Shown here: positions 46,621 through 56,390 of the stretch, in pieces | Position numbering within the stretch: the stretch's first letter is position 1 | Layout of the letters: each line of letters starts with the position of its first letter | IMG/VR virus record: IMGVR_UViG_3300026488_000026 | Coordinates: 1-64,000 of that record | DNA length: 64,000 nt | Source: a virus | Reading direction: 5' to 3' (one strand) | Translations under genes and position numbers: made by a program | The notes under the pieces: model-generated | Told to the model about the DNA's origin: nothing | Databases searched by the model: none | Seen by the model: only the letters and a program-made list of their open reading frames with translations

Positions 46621-46917
46621 TTATTCTCCTATTAATTGTAAATGCAAATTGTTTTTTGCTAAAAGCCCTTTTCTTTTTGCTTTAAAAGTAAAAAATCCTT
46701 CAATTTTATTAAACAAAAGATTGTATAAATCATTTATATTTGAATTTATCCCTGCTTTTTCGATATATTTGTCAATTGTATAAAAAATATCCTTTGCTTT
46801 ATTTTCAATCTCTTCTCTTGTATCTCCTTTTACTTTTATATATACTTCAAAATCTTCAATATCTTTATTTATAAGAGAGACAGGAACTTTAAAGTCCCTA
46901 TAAAGTGTTTCAACCAT
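46621..46917 (-). CDS. hypothetical protein
   Basis: AAGGAG RBS. Confidence 0.6.
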   Translation of the reverse strand: MVETLYRDFKVPVSLINKDIEDFEVYIKVKGDTREEIENKAKDIFYTIDKYIEKAGINSNINDLYNLLFNKIEGFFTFKAKRKGLLAKNNLHLQLIGE

Positions 46918-46930
46918 TTTTAACTCCTTA

Positions 46931-47359
46931 TTAATGTGAATTTACTTTTATCGTAGGCGTTGGAGCTTGAGTTGTAATTTTTGTTTCTACAATAGATATA
47001 ATAGTTTGTGGTCTAAAATTGACTTTGTAATAATAAGCAGGAACATTTACTTCTTTTAATTGTTCAATAAAATAAGCCGTATTATCTGATAAACCGAAAT
47101 ATTCTTTAATGTAAGAATTGTGTCCAACTTTACATGTTACTTCTAATTGATTATCATGTTTATCATAATCTATACTACAAAATCCCTTTATTTCAAGTAG
47201 GTATTTATCGGTTATACCATTAAAAAACACAATTCGTCTTAATACTTTAAAATTATCCGCCTCATAACTAATATTATATGAGGCGGTTTCTGCTTCTCTT
47301 GAACAACCTATAAATAAAGTAGCTAATATTAACCCAAAAATTAAAATTTTAGTTTTCAT
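46931..47359 (-). CDS. phage lipoprotein
   Basis: Lipobox 'LFIGC'; 'NIS.EADNF.V.RRIVF.NGITD' motif common in phages. Confidence 0.75.
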   Translation of the reverse strand: MKTKILIFGLILATLFIGCSREAETASYNISYEADNFKVLRRIVFFNGITDKYLLEIKGFCSIDYDKHDNQLEVTCKVGHNSYIKEYFGLSDNTAYFIEQLKEVNVPAYYYKVNFRPQTIISIVETKITTQAPTPTIKVNSH

Positions 47360-48035
47360 TTTTAATTCCTTTACTTATATTTATTTTGCAATTTCTATAA
47401 TCAGCTTTTAACCATTTAGCTTTTGCCTCAGATGAAGTATCCTTTTGAAATTTACCATCTATTATCTTGCCTTTTCTACTATTAATTTCTTTCCAAGTTT
47501 CATATAAAGTACATTTAGGGTCATAACCAAGTTTCATTAACATACCTATACAAAAAACCATAATGTCATTAATACCGTCTACAATCTCTTCTTCATTAAT
47601 TCCAACATAATCATCAAATTTTTTCTTTTCTTCCTCTGTTAAATCTAACATAAAGAAACCTTCAACCCATTCTTTTAAAATAGGGCGTTTTTCTTTTGTA
47701 AGTTTAAACCCCGCAATTTCAAACATTTCTTCAATTATATTTGTAAATTCATTTACCATATCAAATTCTTGTTGGTCTAATAATCTTTCTCTTTGCCATT
47801 TTTCAATTCTATTAATTATATTGTTTGGAATATCATCAATATAAAATAATGTTTGATTTGTAACATAATCATAATGTGTTGTAATCCCATCAAAATTAAA
47901 ATCTTCTATATGCCCTGTATCATCAAATTCTACACTAAAAAATTCATATTCTCTTTCAACATCGATAACAATCCCGTAACCATATCTACAATCCCAAACC
48001 CTATCATTTAATTTCACATTTTTAAAATAACTCAT
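47349..48035 (-). CDS. MazG-like nucleotide pyrophosphohydrolase with extra N-terminal domain
   Basis: 'IIEEMFE', 'EIVDGINDIMV', 'EINSRKG..GKFQKD'. Confidence 0.7.
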   Translation of the reverse strand: MSYFKNVKLNDRVWDCRYGYGIVIDVEREYEFFSVEFDDTGHIEDFNFDGITTHYDYVTNQTLFYIDDIPNNIINRIEKWQRERLLDQQEFDMVNEFTNIIEEMFEIAGFKLTKEKRPILKEWVEGFFMLDLTEEEKKKFDDYVGINEEEIVDGINDIMVFCIGMLMKLGYDPKCTLYETWKEINSRKGKIIDGKFQKDTSSEAKAKWLKADYRNCKINISKGIKNEN

Positions 48036-48283
48036 TTTAACTCTCCTTTTTGTTTTAAATATTTTTTAATTTTTTGATGTTTTTCTTTAATTTGTTTATC
48101 TTCTTGTTCAGTATAGCACTTTTTAGTTCCACTTTTAAATAAAATACAAAACCCAATTCCTAAATCTTTATATTTAATACTACCATTTTTATTCCAACCA
48201 ATAGGTATTGAAAAAGGTTGTAAATCCTCTATAAGAACTATCTCATCTAAATATATTAAATCTTTTCCTATTTGTATTGTCAT
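48032..48283 (-). CDS. hypothetical protein
   Basis: Coupled ORF. Confidence 0.55.
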   Translation of the reverse strand: MTIQIGKDLIYLDEIVLIEDLQPFSIPIGWNKNGSIKYKDLGIGFCILFKSGTKKCYTEQEDKQIKEKHQKIKKYLKQKGELK

Positions 48284-48285
48284 TT

Positions 48286-48810
48286 TTAACTCCTTTCTAA
48301 ATGTTCAAAAATTAATTGCTGTGGTAAAAGTTTCCAACAAAACCAACTTGTATTAAACCAATTTCCACCACCTTTTTTAAGACCCATATGTTCTAAAAAT
48401 TGCACTCGTCTATCTAATACAATCACTTCAATCCCATATTCTCTAAACATATTACCTCTTTTAATTCCTTCAAGAGTAGTAATAGGTAATAAAAAAGCAA
48501 ATGGTTTTCCTAATTGATAAGCTCTTTCTAAAAATTTATCTTTCAAAGAATAAGGCGGGTTTGTCACGATAATATCATAATCAAAGTCAGGAATGTCTTT
48601 TAAAAAATCAAAACCATTTTTTAAATGTGTATTTACAACTTTAAAGCCATTTTCTTTTAAAACTTTTGTTATATTACTATTACCAAAATCAGTGCATTCC
48701 CAAATTACTTTGTTTTTTGGTAAATATTTTAATAAAGGTTTAATTGCATACTCAGGTGTATAAATTTCATCAAACTTTTTGCTTTGTTTTAATGCCTCTT
48801 TAATTGCCAT
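48286..48810 (-). CDS. minimal amino (N6A/N4C) DNA methyltransferase 1
   Basis: 'DEIYTP', 'IWEC', 'FDF', 'TNPPYS'. Confidence 0.85.
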   Translation of the reverse strand: MAIKEALKQSKKFDEIYTPEYAIKPLLKYLPKNKVIWECTDFGNSNITKVLKENGFKVVNTHLKNGFDFLKDIPDFDYDIIVTNPPYSLKDKFLERAYQLGKPFAFLLPITTLEGIKRGNMFREYGIEVIVLDRRVQFLEHMGLKKGGGNWFNTSWFCWKLLPQQLIFEHLERS

Positions 48811-48819
48811 TTTTTGCCT

Positions 48820-49086
48820 TTATGCTTTTAAATCTAATTTTAAATCAAAGTCTATTAATTCTAAATCTCTTTCTAATAATCTTCCTTTTAACCTTTTATT
48901 TTCTATTTTTTCTTGATTATAAAGTTTTTTATAATAGTTAATTTTATTTTCAAGTTCATTAATATATTCTTGTAATAAGCGTAAATGATAAAATTTAATA
49001 GATAACTTATCATTATCAGTAATTTCAAGTTTCCATCTTTTAATTGCTTCAATAGTAGGTTGAACGATTTGTTTTTTATTTTTCAT
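48820..49086 (-). CDS. hypothetical coiled-coil protein
   Basis: AAGGAGAG RBS. Confidence 0.6.
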   Translation of the reverse strand: MKNKKQIVQPTIEAIKRWKLEITDNDKLSIKFYHLRLLQEYINELENKINYYKKLYNQEKIENKRLKGRLLERDLELIDFDLKLDLKA

Positions 49087-49354
49087 TTTTCTCTCCTTTA
49101 TTTTTTAATATATTAAAGGCTATCATAAACGCTTTTTTAAAAGCGTTATCATCTATGTTTAAGAAAAACTTTTCATCTACCATAAAACTATCTTTTCCGT
49201 TATTATAAACAACTTCTAATTGTCCATCACTACTCTTTAACCATTCTTTAAAAGCGTCCCAAAATAGAACGCCTGAAATAGCGTCAAGTGCTGTTTCTTT
49301 ATCATATGCTTTTTCTATTACAAAAACCTTTTTATTTTTCCGTTTATTTTTCAT
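49076..49354 (-). CDS. hypothetical protein
   Basis: Promoter-RBS cassette upstream. Confidence 0.65.
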   Translation of the reverse strand: MKNKRKNKKVFVIEKAYDKETALDAISGVLFWDAFKEWLKSSDGQLEVVYNNGKDSFMVDEKFFLNIDDNAFKKAFMIAFNILKNKGEKNEK

Positions 49355-49384
49355 TTTTCTCTCCTTTATTTTTATTGCATTAAA

Positions 49385-49413
49385 ATTATAAAAAATTTTT
49401 TATAGTTTGTCAA
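49385..49413 (-). promoter_or_regulatory. sigma70-type promoter with palindromic spacer
   Basis: TTGACA-N17-TATAAT over TATAAAAAATTTTTTATA. Confidence 0.88.
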
Positions 49414-49927
49414 GTTCTTTTATTTTAAATTTATCAAATTCCCATTTAATACAACCTTTATAATCTTTCTGTAACCAAACAACTCCCCATTGAAAACCAC
49501 TTTGTGGAAACTCTTTTGGTGTTTTATCTAAAAGCAATACTTCTTTAATACCATAATTATTTTCTTTCATTTCTCTTAATCTTGCTTTTAAACTTAATAA
49601 ATGATTTAAAGTAATAAGATATACAATATTTTTAGTATTTATTTTATAAGAATGTTTTAAAAAGTCTCTAACTAACGAAAAAGGAGGGTTAGTAATAATC
49701 CAATCGACTTGTTTATTATAATCAAAAAAGTTTTTATTTTCTTTTATTTCACACCATTCTTTGTTTTCTGGTAAATATTTATAAAAACTACCATTTCCTT
49801 TACAAGGCTCTAAAAATAAATCATTTGTTTTAAAATATTGTTTAAAATAATTTATTATTTGTTTTGCCAAATAATCTGGTGTATATATTTCATCGTTTCC
49901 TGAATTTGGTACTAATTTTTTAGACAT
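49400..49927 (-). CDS. minimal amino DNA methyltransferase 2
   Basis: 'DEIYTP', 'LEPCKGNGSF', 'TNPPFS'; start moved to 49927 (AAGGA RBS). Confidence 0.85.
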   Translation of the reverse strand: MSKKLVPNSGNDEIYTPDYLAKQIINYFKQYFKTNDLFLEPCKGNGSFYKYLPENKEWCEIKENKNFFDYNKQVDWIITNPPFSLVRDFLKHSYKINTKNIVYLITLNHLLSLKARLREMKENNYGIKEVLLLDKTPKEFPQSGFQWGVVWLQKDYKGCIKWEFDKFKIKELDKL

Positions 49928-50525
49928 TGTCGCGTTCCTTTTTAAGTTCAAACCACTCAATATCTTTTCCTCCAACCAGAAAATCTTTACAATAATAAAT
50001 AGATTTAAAACTTGGTCTTTTTCCTATTAAACCTTTTTCATTAAAAAACATAGCTCGTTTATTAGGCATTAATAATTGCAATTTTATATCCTTAAATACA
50101 TTATAAACTCCACTATCATTTAACCAACTTGCTGTATTCAATAAGCAAAAAGGCTTATTAAAACTAATTGCTCTTTCAAAAAAACTTTTTTTATTTTTAA
50201 ATGGTGGATTACTTATAATAATATCCCAATCTTCCTCTGGTTCATATTCAAAGAAATCTTGTCCTATTGCTATATGAGAAGCAATCACACTATATCCTTC
50301 TTTTTCAAAAATATCTACATAATTACTTCTAAACATCTTAATTCTATTATATAGTATATCCTCTTTTAAATCAAAAGGACACCATATTATTAAATCTTTT
50401 TTAGCTTTTATTCTTTTTGACTCTCTAAATTTCTCAATAAAAGGAATAAGAGGAAGAATCAAAGAAGGGTATGTATAACTTTCGTCATTCCCTGTAAATT
50501 TATATTGATTAACATTCATTACCAA
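49920..50525 (-). CDS. minimal amino DNA methyltransferase 3
   Basis: 'DESYT', 'IWCPFD', 'GQDFF', 'SNPPF'. Confidence 0.85.
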   Translation of the reverse strand: MVMNVNQYKFTGNDESYTYPSLILPLIPFIEKFRESKRIKAKKDLIIWCPFDLKEDILYNRIKMFRSNYVDIFEKEGYSVIASHIAIGQDFFEYEPEEDWDIIISNPPFKNKKSFFERAISFNKPFCLLNTASWLNDSGVYNVFKDIKLQLLMPNKRAMFFNEKGLIGKRPSFKSIYYCKDFLVGGKDIEWFELKKERDNV

Positions 50526-53199
50526 GCTCCTTTAAATATTTTTCGATTTCTTTTTCATCAATATTATTTGGTAAGGTTATAACTTCTTTCATATTATAGC
50601 CTATATCAAGTTCTGCTTCTAATTTTACAACAGGTTTTTCATAAAGTCCATTATTATAATCTTTTACCATACATTCAATTAAATTATCATTTACAAATTT
50701 AATAACCTTTAAATCTTTTTTAATATATAAATATATGGCATCATGAATTGTATTAACAATTTTAATTTTATCTATTAACCCTGCTTCTTCAATTTTCTTT
50801 TGAAAACAAACTATCGCATAAAGTGTTAAAATATTTCCACTTTGGATATTAAAATTAGTTGCTACTCTTTGAGCTTTTTCTTTTGTTTGAGTATTCCAAC
50901 TTTTAATATCTGGTATTAATAGTCTCAAACCCGAATAACGCGAAATTAAATAGCCTTGCTTTTCAGCTTGTTTAATAATACTATCTTGATATTCTTTTGT
51001 AACTTTATATAAAGTCCAATAAGCATCATATATTTCTTTTCCAACTAAATGTTCACTCCCACCATAACTTAAACCAAAAGTATAAGGTTTACCTTTTTGC
51101 CTAATTTCAGGATATTTTTTCTTTATGGAATTAATTACATTAATTCTATATGTTTCTTTATCAATTTCTTTTTTATTTTTATAATTATCTGGTAACAAAC
51201 TTTCACTAAAATAATCAATTTCTCCGTTTTCTAATTCAACTTCGTAAAATTTTGTATCACTTTTAAGTTTTTCTATTTTTTCTTTAATATCAGGCATTTC
51301 ATCAGAAAAATAATAAAAAGCGTTTTGACAATGTCCATCCACGCCTTTTAAAAATACATCAAGTTTTGCAGGGTCTTTACTTGCATTTGCTATTAATCTA
51401 TCTTCTAAAGCACTATAATCTGACGCTCCTAATAAAAATTCCTCAGGTGCTATAAATAATTTTTTAATTTCTTTTCCATATTTACTACCACTTGGAATTG
51501 TTTGCATATTAATAACCCCACTACTACTTAATCTACCACTAATTGTTCCGCTCTGATTAAAATTAGCAAAAATCCTATAATCATTTGGTGCAACTTCAAT
51601 ATACCCTTCAAGCATATTTTTTAAATAAGCTGTTTTTATTTTTTCACTTGCTTGGTATTCACTTATTAAATTTAACACTTCTAATTTTTCTTCATCTTTA
51701 ATTGTTTTTTTCCATTCTTCTAAAACTTCATTACTTGTTGAAGGCTCACCTGCTTTTGTAGTTTCAATAACAGGCAAATCCATAACTTCAAAAAATAAAA
51801 TTTTTTTCTGTTGGCTACTACTTGGATTAAAAGGTTTTAAAAATTCTTCCCAATTTTCTTTTTTATTTTTGTGAGTTTTATTATATTTTTCTTTTGCTTG
51901 TAATGCTAAAATTTTTTCAGTAGCTTTAACATAAACATTTTCTCTTAATTTTGCTAAATCTTTTTTAACAATTTCTTTCATTCTTTCATAAAATTCTTTA
52001 GTTTGCTCTAAATCAATACGCAAACCATTCATTTTCATTTTATTTAAAGCAAAACCAATATCTCTAAATTTTCTATAAGTCTCCACAAAACCTTCTTGTT
52101 TTAATTCTTTCCACAAATCTTTAAAAATTTTATAGTTTGCAACCACATCAATATTATTATAAATAGCAACTTTTTCAAAATCATACTCTATTAATTTACT
52201 TTGGTCTATTTCTTTATCCCAATCTCCAAAATATTTAAAAGCTAATTGCTTTAAACTTAAATTTTTTCTTTCAGTAGAATTATAAAGTAGATAAGCCATA
52301 AGTAATGTATCATCAATTTTAAATTTATTAATTAAAGGCTCTTGATTTATTTGAAAATTAAAGTCTCTCATAATTTCATGAACTAAAAAAGTTAAGTCAA
52401 AACCTAAAAAATTATGTCCTATAATTACACCTTCATAATTTTCAAAAAACTCTTTTAAATATTGTTTAATTAATTGATAATCTTCTTCACTATGATATTG
52501 AGGATGAATAGCAATACAAGTAGGGTTTTTGGCATCTTTTGTAAAACTAATTGTAAGAAGCCTGTTTTTATACCATTCAAGCCCTGTTGTCTCAATATCA
52601 CACACTACTGCTTTTGTTTCTAATAATGTGTCTAAATATTGTTTTACTTCATTTGGTTGTTTTAAAAAGGTATGATTAATTTCAATATTTTCAAATTTAT
52701 CTTTATATTCACCTTTTATAAAGGCTTTATAAGCTTCAAAACTTAATTGTAACTCTCTTGCTCTATTTGGATATCTTTCAACAATAATAGGATTTAAAAA
52801 AGGTATAATATTTATTTGAGATAAATCAAAGATTTCTTTATTTTTCCCACTACCAAACGAAAATTCTGTTCCTTTAATAACTCTACCAAAATTATTACTA
52901 AAATTTTTATCTTTTGTAATTTCCTGATAAGTATCTGAATGCCCTATTAACCATACATCTATACCCATAATTTGTGAATATTCAAAAACCTCTTCTATAA
53001 CTTCCTTTAAAACTGCTTTTTTAATTCTTCCTTTTTTAGGAACAGGTATAGACACAAAAGCAAAATCTTTTACATCTAAATTAAAAGGTTGCAATAATTG
53101 CTTATGTAAAAAACCATAATTTTCTTTAAAACAAATATTGTCTGGTAACCAAATAATTGCTTTTGGATTTGTAGTATTGTAAGTAAATAAATAGTTCAT
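50509..53199 (-). CDS. polA: family A DNA polymerase with 3'-5' exonuclease
   Basis: Exo 'DIETTGL' and 'HN..FD'; 'TISGRLSS..NMQ'; motif A 'DYSALE', motif B 'RQKGKPYTFGLSYG', motif C 'IHD'. Confidence 0.96.
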   Translation of the reverse strand: MNYLFTYNTTNPKAIIWLPDNICFKENYGFLHKQLLQPFNLDVKDFAFVSIPVPKKGRIKKAVLKEVIEEVFEYSQIMGIDVWLIGHSDTYQEITKDKNFSNNFGRVIKGTEFSFGSGKNKEIFDLSQINIIPFLNPIIVERYPNRARELQLSFEAYKAFIKGEYKDKFENIEINHTFLKQPNEVKQYLDTLLETKAVVCDIETTGLEWYKNRLLTISFTKDAKNPTCIAIHPQYHSEEDYQLIKQYLKEFFENYEGVIIGHNFLGFDLTFLVHEIMRDFNFQINQEPLINKFKIDDTLLMAYLLYNSTERKNLSLKQLAFKYFGDWDKEIDQSKLIEYDFEKVAIYNNIDVVANYKIFKDLWKELKQEGFVETYRKFRDIGFALNKMKMNGLRIDLEQTKEFYERMKEIVKKDLAKLRENVYVKATEKILALQAKEKYNKTHKNKKENWEEFLKPFNPSSSQQKKILFFEVMDLPVIETTKAGEPSTSNEVLEEWKKTIKDEEKLEVLNLISEYQASEKIKTAYLKNMLEGYIEVAPNDYRIFANFNQSGTISGRLSSSGVINMQTIPSGSKYGKEIKKLFIAPEEFLLGASDYSALEDRLIANASKDPAKLDVFLKGVDGHCQNAFYYFSDEMPDIKEKIEKLKSDTKFYEVELENGEIDYFSESLLPDNYKNKKEIDKETYRINVINSIKKKYPEIRQKGKPYTFGLSYGGSEHLVGKEIYDAYWTLYKVTKEYQDSIIKQAEKQGYLISRYSGLRLLIPDIKSWNTQTKEKAQRVATNFNIQSGNILTLYAIVCFQKKIEEAGLIDKIKIVNTIHDAIYLYIKKDLKVIKFVNDNLIECMVKDYNNGLYEKPVVKLEAELDIGYNMKEVITLPNNIDEKEIEKYLKELGNEC

Positions 53200-53200
53200 T

Positions 53201-53647
53201 TTAATCTCCTTTTATATTAATTTCAATGATTATTTTATTATTTTCTTTATTTATATTTATTAAGTAATTTTTATTTTCTTCATACTTTTTATAAGGTCTT
53301 AATAAACAATCCATAGAAATAAATAAATTATTCAATTCATAAACACAACCATCATCTGCAGTAAATAAAATACTACTAAAATTAGCATCTTGTGGAGGTC
53401 TATTATCAAAACTAATACTTTTTATTTTAAGAGGACTTTTTCTTTTATCAAAATAAAATTTACATCCAATAAGTTTTTTTAATTCTATTGTTCCATCAAA
53501 TTCAATTATTAAATAATCCTCTGGTAGAGAATTACTCATAAATAGCCATCTATCAAAATTATAAATTTTTAAATCACTTAAATCAATTAACAATCTTATT
53601 TTTTCTCGTTCTCTATAAATAAAATGGTCTTTTGTTAATATTTTCAT
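53201..53647 (-). CDS. hypothetical protein
   Basis: Promoter-RBS cassette upstream. Confidence 0.6.
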   Translation of the reverse strand: MKILTKDHFIYREREKIRLLIDLSDLKIYNFDRWLFMSNSLPEDYLIIEFDGTIELKKLIGCKFYFDKRKSPLKIKSISFDNRPPQDANFSSILFTADDGCVYELNNLFISMDCLLRPYKKYEENKNYLININKENNKIIIEINIKGD

Positions 53648-53679
53648 TTTTTTCTCCTTTACTTTAATTTAGCAACAAT

Positions 53680-53708
53680 ATTATAAAAAATTTTTTATAA
53701 AAAAGCAA
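53680..53708 (-). promoter_or_regulatory. sigma70-type promoter with palindromic spacer
   Basis: TTGCTT-N17-TATAAT over TTATAAAAAATTTTTTATAA. Confidence 0.8.
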
Positions 53709-53714
53709 GAAAAA

Positions 53715-55070
53715 TTAGAAAGATTTAAAAGAATTTATCCATTTTTGATAGGAGACATATAAAATAATATCTTTGTGAGAAATTTTTAATTTTTGAGACC
53801 ATTCTTTTTGTAACCTACAACGCCTTTCGCCCTTTTCTAAAAAACAAAAAGTAAAAAATAAAGGCTCTTTTTTGTTTTTATGTTCTCTCCTTAATCTACC
53901 TATTGTCTGTTCGTAAGTTTCTTTTGTATGTGTTGCCAAATTAATAATAGTATCCATTCTATAAATACTTACGCCTTTTTGCAAAATAGTGCCTCCAATT
54001 AATACTCTTAACTTTTCATTTTCAAAATCCTCTAAATATTTTTTTCTTTCTTTACCTGTAGTAGCTTGATTAATAATTTCAGCTCTTATACCTTTTTTAG
54101 CTAATAGGTTTTTTAAATTTTCTTGGTTTTCATTATAAGTAGAATACAAAAATATACTTCTGCCTTTCTTTAATAAAAATTCAACAAAATCAACAACATC
54201 ATCTAATAAAAGTTTTGAATTATAAAGTCTTTGCCAAGCTTTTTGAGCTTCATATTTTCCACTATAAAAAATAGGTAAATAGTGTTGAATTATTATATGC
54301 TTAACAGGTTTAATGTCAGGATTACCTCCTATAACTAAATTACTAAAATGGTCATAAATAGCTTCAGTAAGACCATCAGAACGCGTAGGGGTAGCACTTA
54401 ATCCTAATCTATATTTAGCATCAAAAGAAAGCATTGTTTTTGTTAATGCCCCTACTGAAACTAAATGGCATTCATCAACTATAATAAAACCCACTTCTTT
54501 ATTTAGTCTATTAACTACATCTTTATTTAGATTTAAAAATTGAAGTGTAGAAATATAAATATCTCCTTTTTCAAATTTATTTTTAGAATTCAATAAAACC
54601 ACTTTGGCGTTTGAATTTTGTGTAAATTCTTTATAAGTTTGCTCTACCAAAGAAGTTTTATCAACTAAAAACAAAGTTTTAATTCCTAATTGTTTTATTA
54701 AATAAATAGAACTATATGTTTTACCAGACCCTGCTGGTGCTTGATAAATACACGCATTTTCAGGAGAATTTTTAAGTTTATCTAAAATTTTTTTAATATC
54801 TTTCTTTTGATAGTCTCTTAAAGAAAAATCAATTAAATTAAAATTTATTTTTTCGCCAGAATTTTTTTTACAAATTAATTTAAAATTATCAGTTTTTAAA
54901 CTTCTTATTAATTTTTCATAATTTCTTGGTAAAATTAAACCTTCTTTAATAGGGATTATAGTAGAAACTTGTTCTTCTTTTCTTTTATCATAATAAATAT
55001 AGTTTCTTATATTAACATTTTTTACAAAATCTTTTTTTATTTTATAACCAGAACAAATTACAATTTCCAT
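53715..55070 (-). CDS. superfamily II DExH helicase (T5 D10/UvsW-like)
   Basis: 'LRDYQ', 'APAGSGKT', 'DECH', 'GLSATPTRSDG', 'QTIGRLRR'. Confidence 0.93.
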   Translation of the reverse strand: MEIVICSGYKIKKDFVKNVNIRNYIYYDKRKEEQVSTIIPIKEGLILPRNYEKLIRSLKTDNFKLICKKNSGEKINFNLIDFSLRDYQKKDIKKILDKLKNSPENACIYQAPAGSGKTYSSIYLIKQLGIKTLFLVDKTSLVEQTYKEFTQNSNAKVVLLNSKNKFEKGDIYISTLQFLNLNKDVVNRLNKEVGFIIVDECHLVSVGALTKTMLSFDAKYRLGLSATPTRSDGLTEAIYDHFSNLVIGGNPDIKPVKHIIIQHYLPIFYSGKYEAQKAWQRLYNSKLLLDDVVDFVEFLLKKGRSIFLYSTYNENQENLKNLLAKKGIRAEIINQATTGKERKKYLEDFENEKLRVLIGGTILQKGVSIYRMDTIINLATHTKETYEQTIGRLRREHKNKKEPLFFTFCFLEKGERRCRLQKEWSQKLKISHKDIILYVSYQKWINSFKSF

Positions 55071-55072
55071 GG

Positions 55073-55351
55073 TTAAACCATTTCAAAAAATTTACTTAAT
55101 TTATCATATAAAAAAGCTCCTATTCTATAATTACCATTTCCTAAATTTTCAATATACTTTTCAAATTTTTTTAAAACATACAAAATTCTTTGCTTACTAT
55201 CTCCTGTTTCACTTGCAATTTCTTTTAAAGAAAATTTCCCTTTTTCCCTTTGAATTTTAGCTCCTAATAATAAATACAATAAACCTCTAACAGAAATAGA
55301 ATTTAATTCATTTTTTGAAATTTCATTTAATCTTTTTAATAACAATTTCAT
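55073..55351 (-). CDS. winged-HTH protein
   Basis: 'FSLKEIASETGDSKQRILYVLKK'. Confidence 0.6.
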   Translation of the reverse strand: MKLLLKRLNEISKNELNSISVRGLLYLLLGAKIQREKGKFSLKEIASETGDSKQRILYVLKKFEKYIENLGNGNYRIGAFLYDKLSKFFEMV

Positions 55352-55390
55352 TTTTCTCTCCTTATAAAATTTTTTGAATTATAATATATT

Positions 55391-55837
55391 TTAAGGTTGA
55401 AATCCATAGTTTTTTGCCAATTCACTACTTGAAACACCACTTAAAATAAGTTTTTTGTTTATTTTTAAAATTCTTGAATATAAACTTTTTAAAATTTGTC
55501 CACTATATGCTTTATTATTTGCAAGTTCAGTGCCGATATTATAAACAACATTATATTCTTTCAAATTCAAATCATTTATATTTAATTCATTTTTCAAAAT
55601 ATCTGATTGAAGTTCAGAAAAATCAAAACCCTGAACTTCTCCATAAAAATTTTCTAAAAGATATTTTACAATTTTTTCAATATTTTGATTAATAATCAAA
55701 ATATTATTTTTAAATTTTAGTTTATTTTCAATTTTAACTAAATCAACTTCTGTTAATTCTACTTTTGCCCAACTTTTTGGGAAACCATAATAAAAATACA
55801 TAAGTTCAATTTTTCTATTCATACTTGTGCCTTTCAA
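55391..55837 (-). CDS. hypothetical protein, possibly degenerate DnaC/IstB-like
   Basis: 'VVYNIGTE..ILKSLYSR..KLILSG' echoes the DnaC C-terminal pattern; no Walker A. Confidence 0.35.
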   Translation of the reverse strand: MKGTSMNRKIELMYFYYGFPKSWAKVELTEVDLVKIENKLKFKNNILIINQNIEKIVKYLLENFYGEVQGFDFSELQSDILKNELNINDLNLKEYNVVYNIGTELANNKAYSGQILKSLYSRILKINKKLILSGVSSSELAKNYGFQP

Positions 55838-56390
55838 TTATTTCTGAAATTACTTTTAAACACTTTATAATAAAATCTTCCATTTCTTCATTCTTAATAA
55901 CAAAATCAAAATTTAAGTCTTCCCAATCTTTTTCACTAATGTGATTATCTTTACTTTGTATGTCTCTTTCTATTTTAATAGCATAATATTCATAATCTGG
56001 GTAATCGTTTATCAAACTTTTATATTCATTTTTAAAGCGTAAATCAGGTATAAAAATAATATCATAGTTATTTTTATCAATTTCTTTTTTTAATACTTTT
56101 ACAAAAATATCTTTTCCAAAAACTTCTCTTAAACTCATACCTGTATCTTGCAACAATTCACGCATTGTTTTATCTCCAACTACTTCAAAATCCTTATTTT
56201 TCCATTCTTCTATTACTTCAAGGGGAAAACCCCATTGTTTTGAAACAAATCTTTTTAAAGGATAAGCAAAAGAAAGTTTTTTTATCTTTAATAAAGGATA
56301 ATTTTTTAAAATATAATCCATCATAATATTTGCACAAGTATCTTTACCCGCCCCTTTTTTACCACTTATACTAATAATTATTTTTGGCAT
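55815..56390 (-). CDS. deoxynucleoside monophosphate kinase
   Basis: 'SGKKGAGKDT', 'SFAYPLK', 'RELLQ..G', 'DLRFKNE', 'HISE'. Confidence 0.92.
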   Translation of the reverse strand: MPKIIISISGKKGAGKDTCANIMMDYILKNYPLLKIKKLSFAYPLKRFVSKQWGFPLEVIEEWKNKDFEVVGDKTMRELLQDTGMSLREVFGKDIFVKVLKKEIDKNNYDIIFIPDLRFKNEYKSLINDYPDYEYYAIKIERDIQSKDNHISEKDWEDLNFDFVIKNEEMEDFIIKCLKVISEIIERHKYE

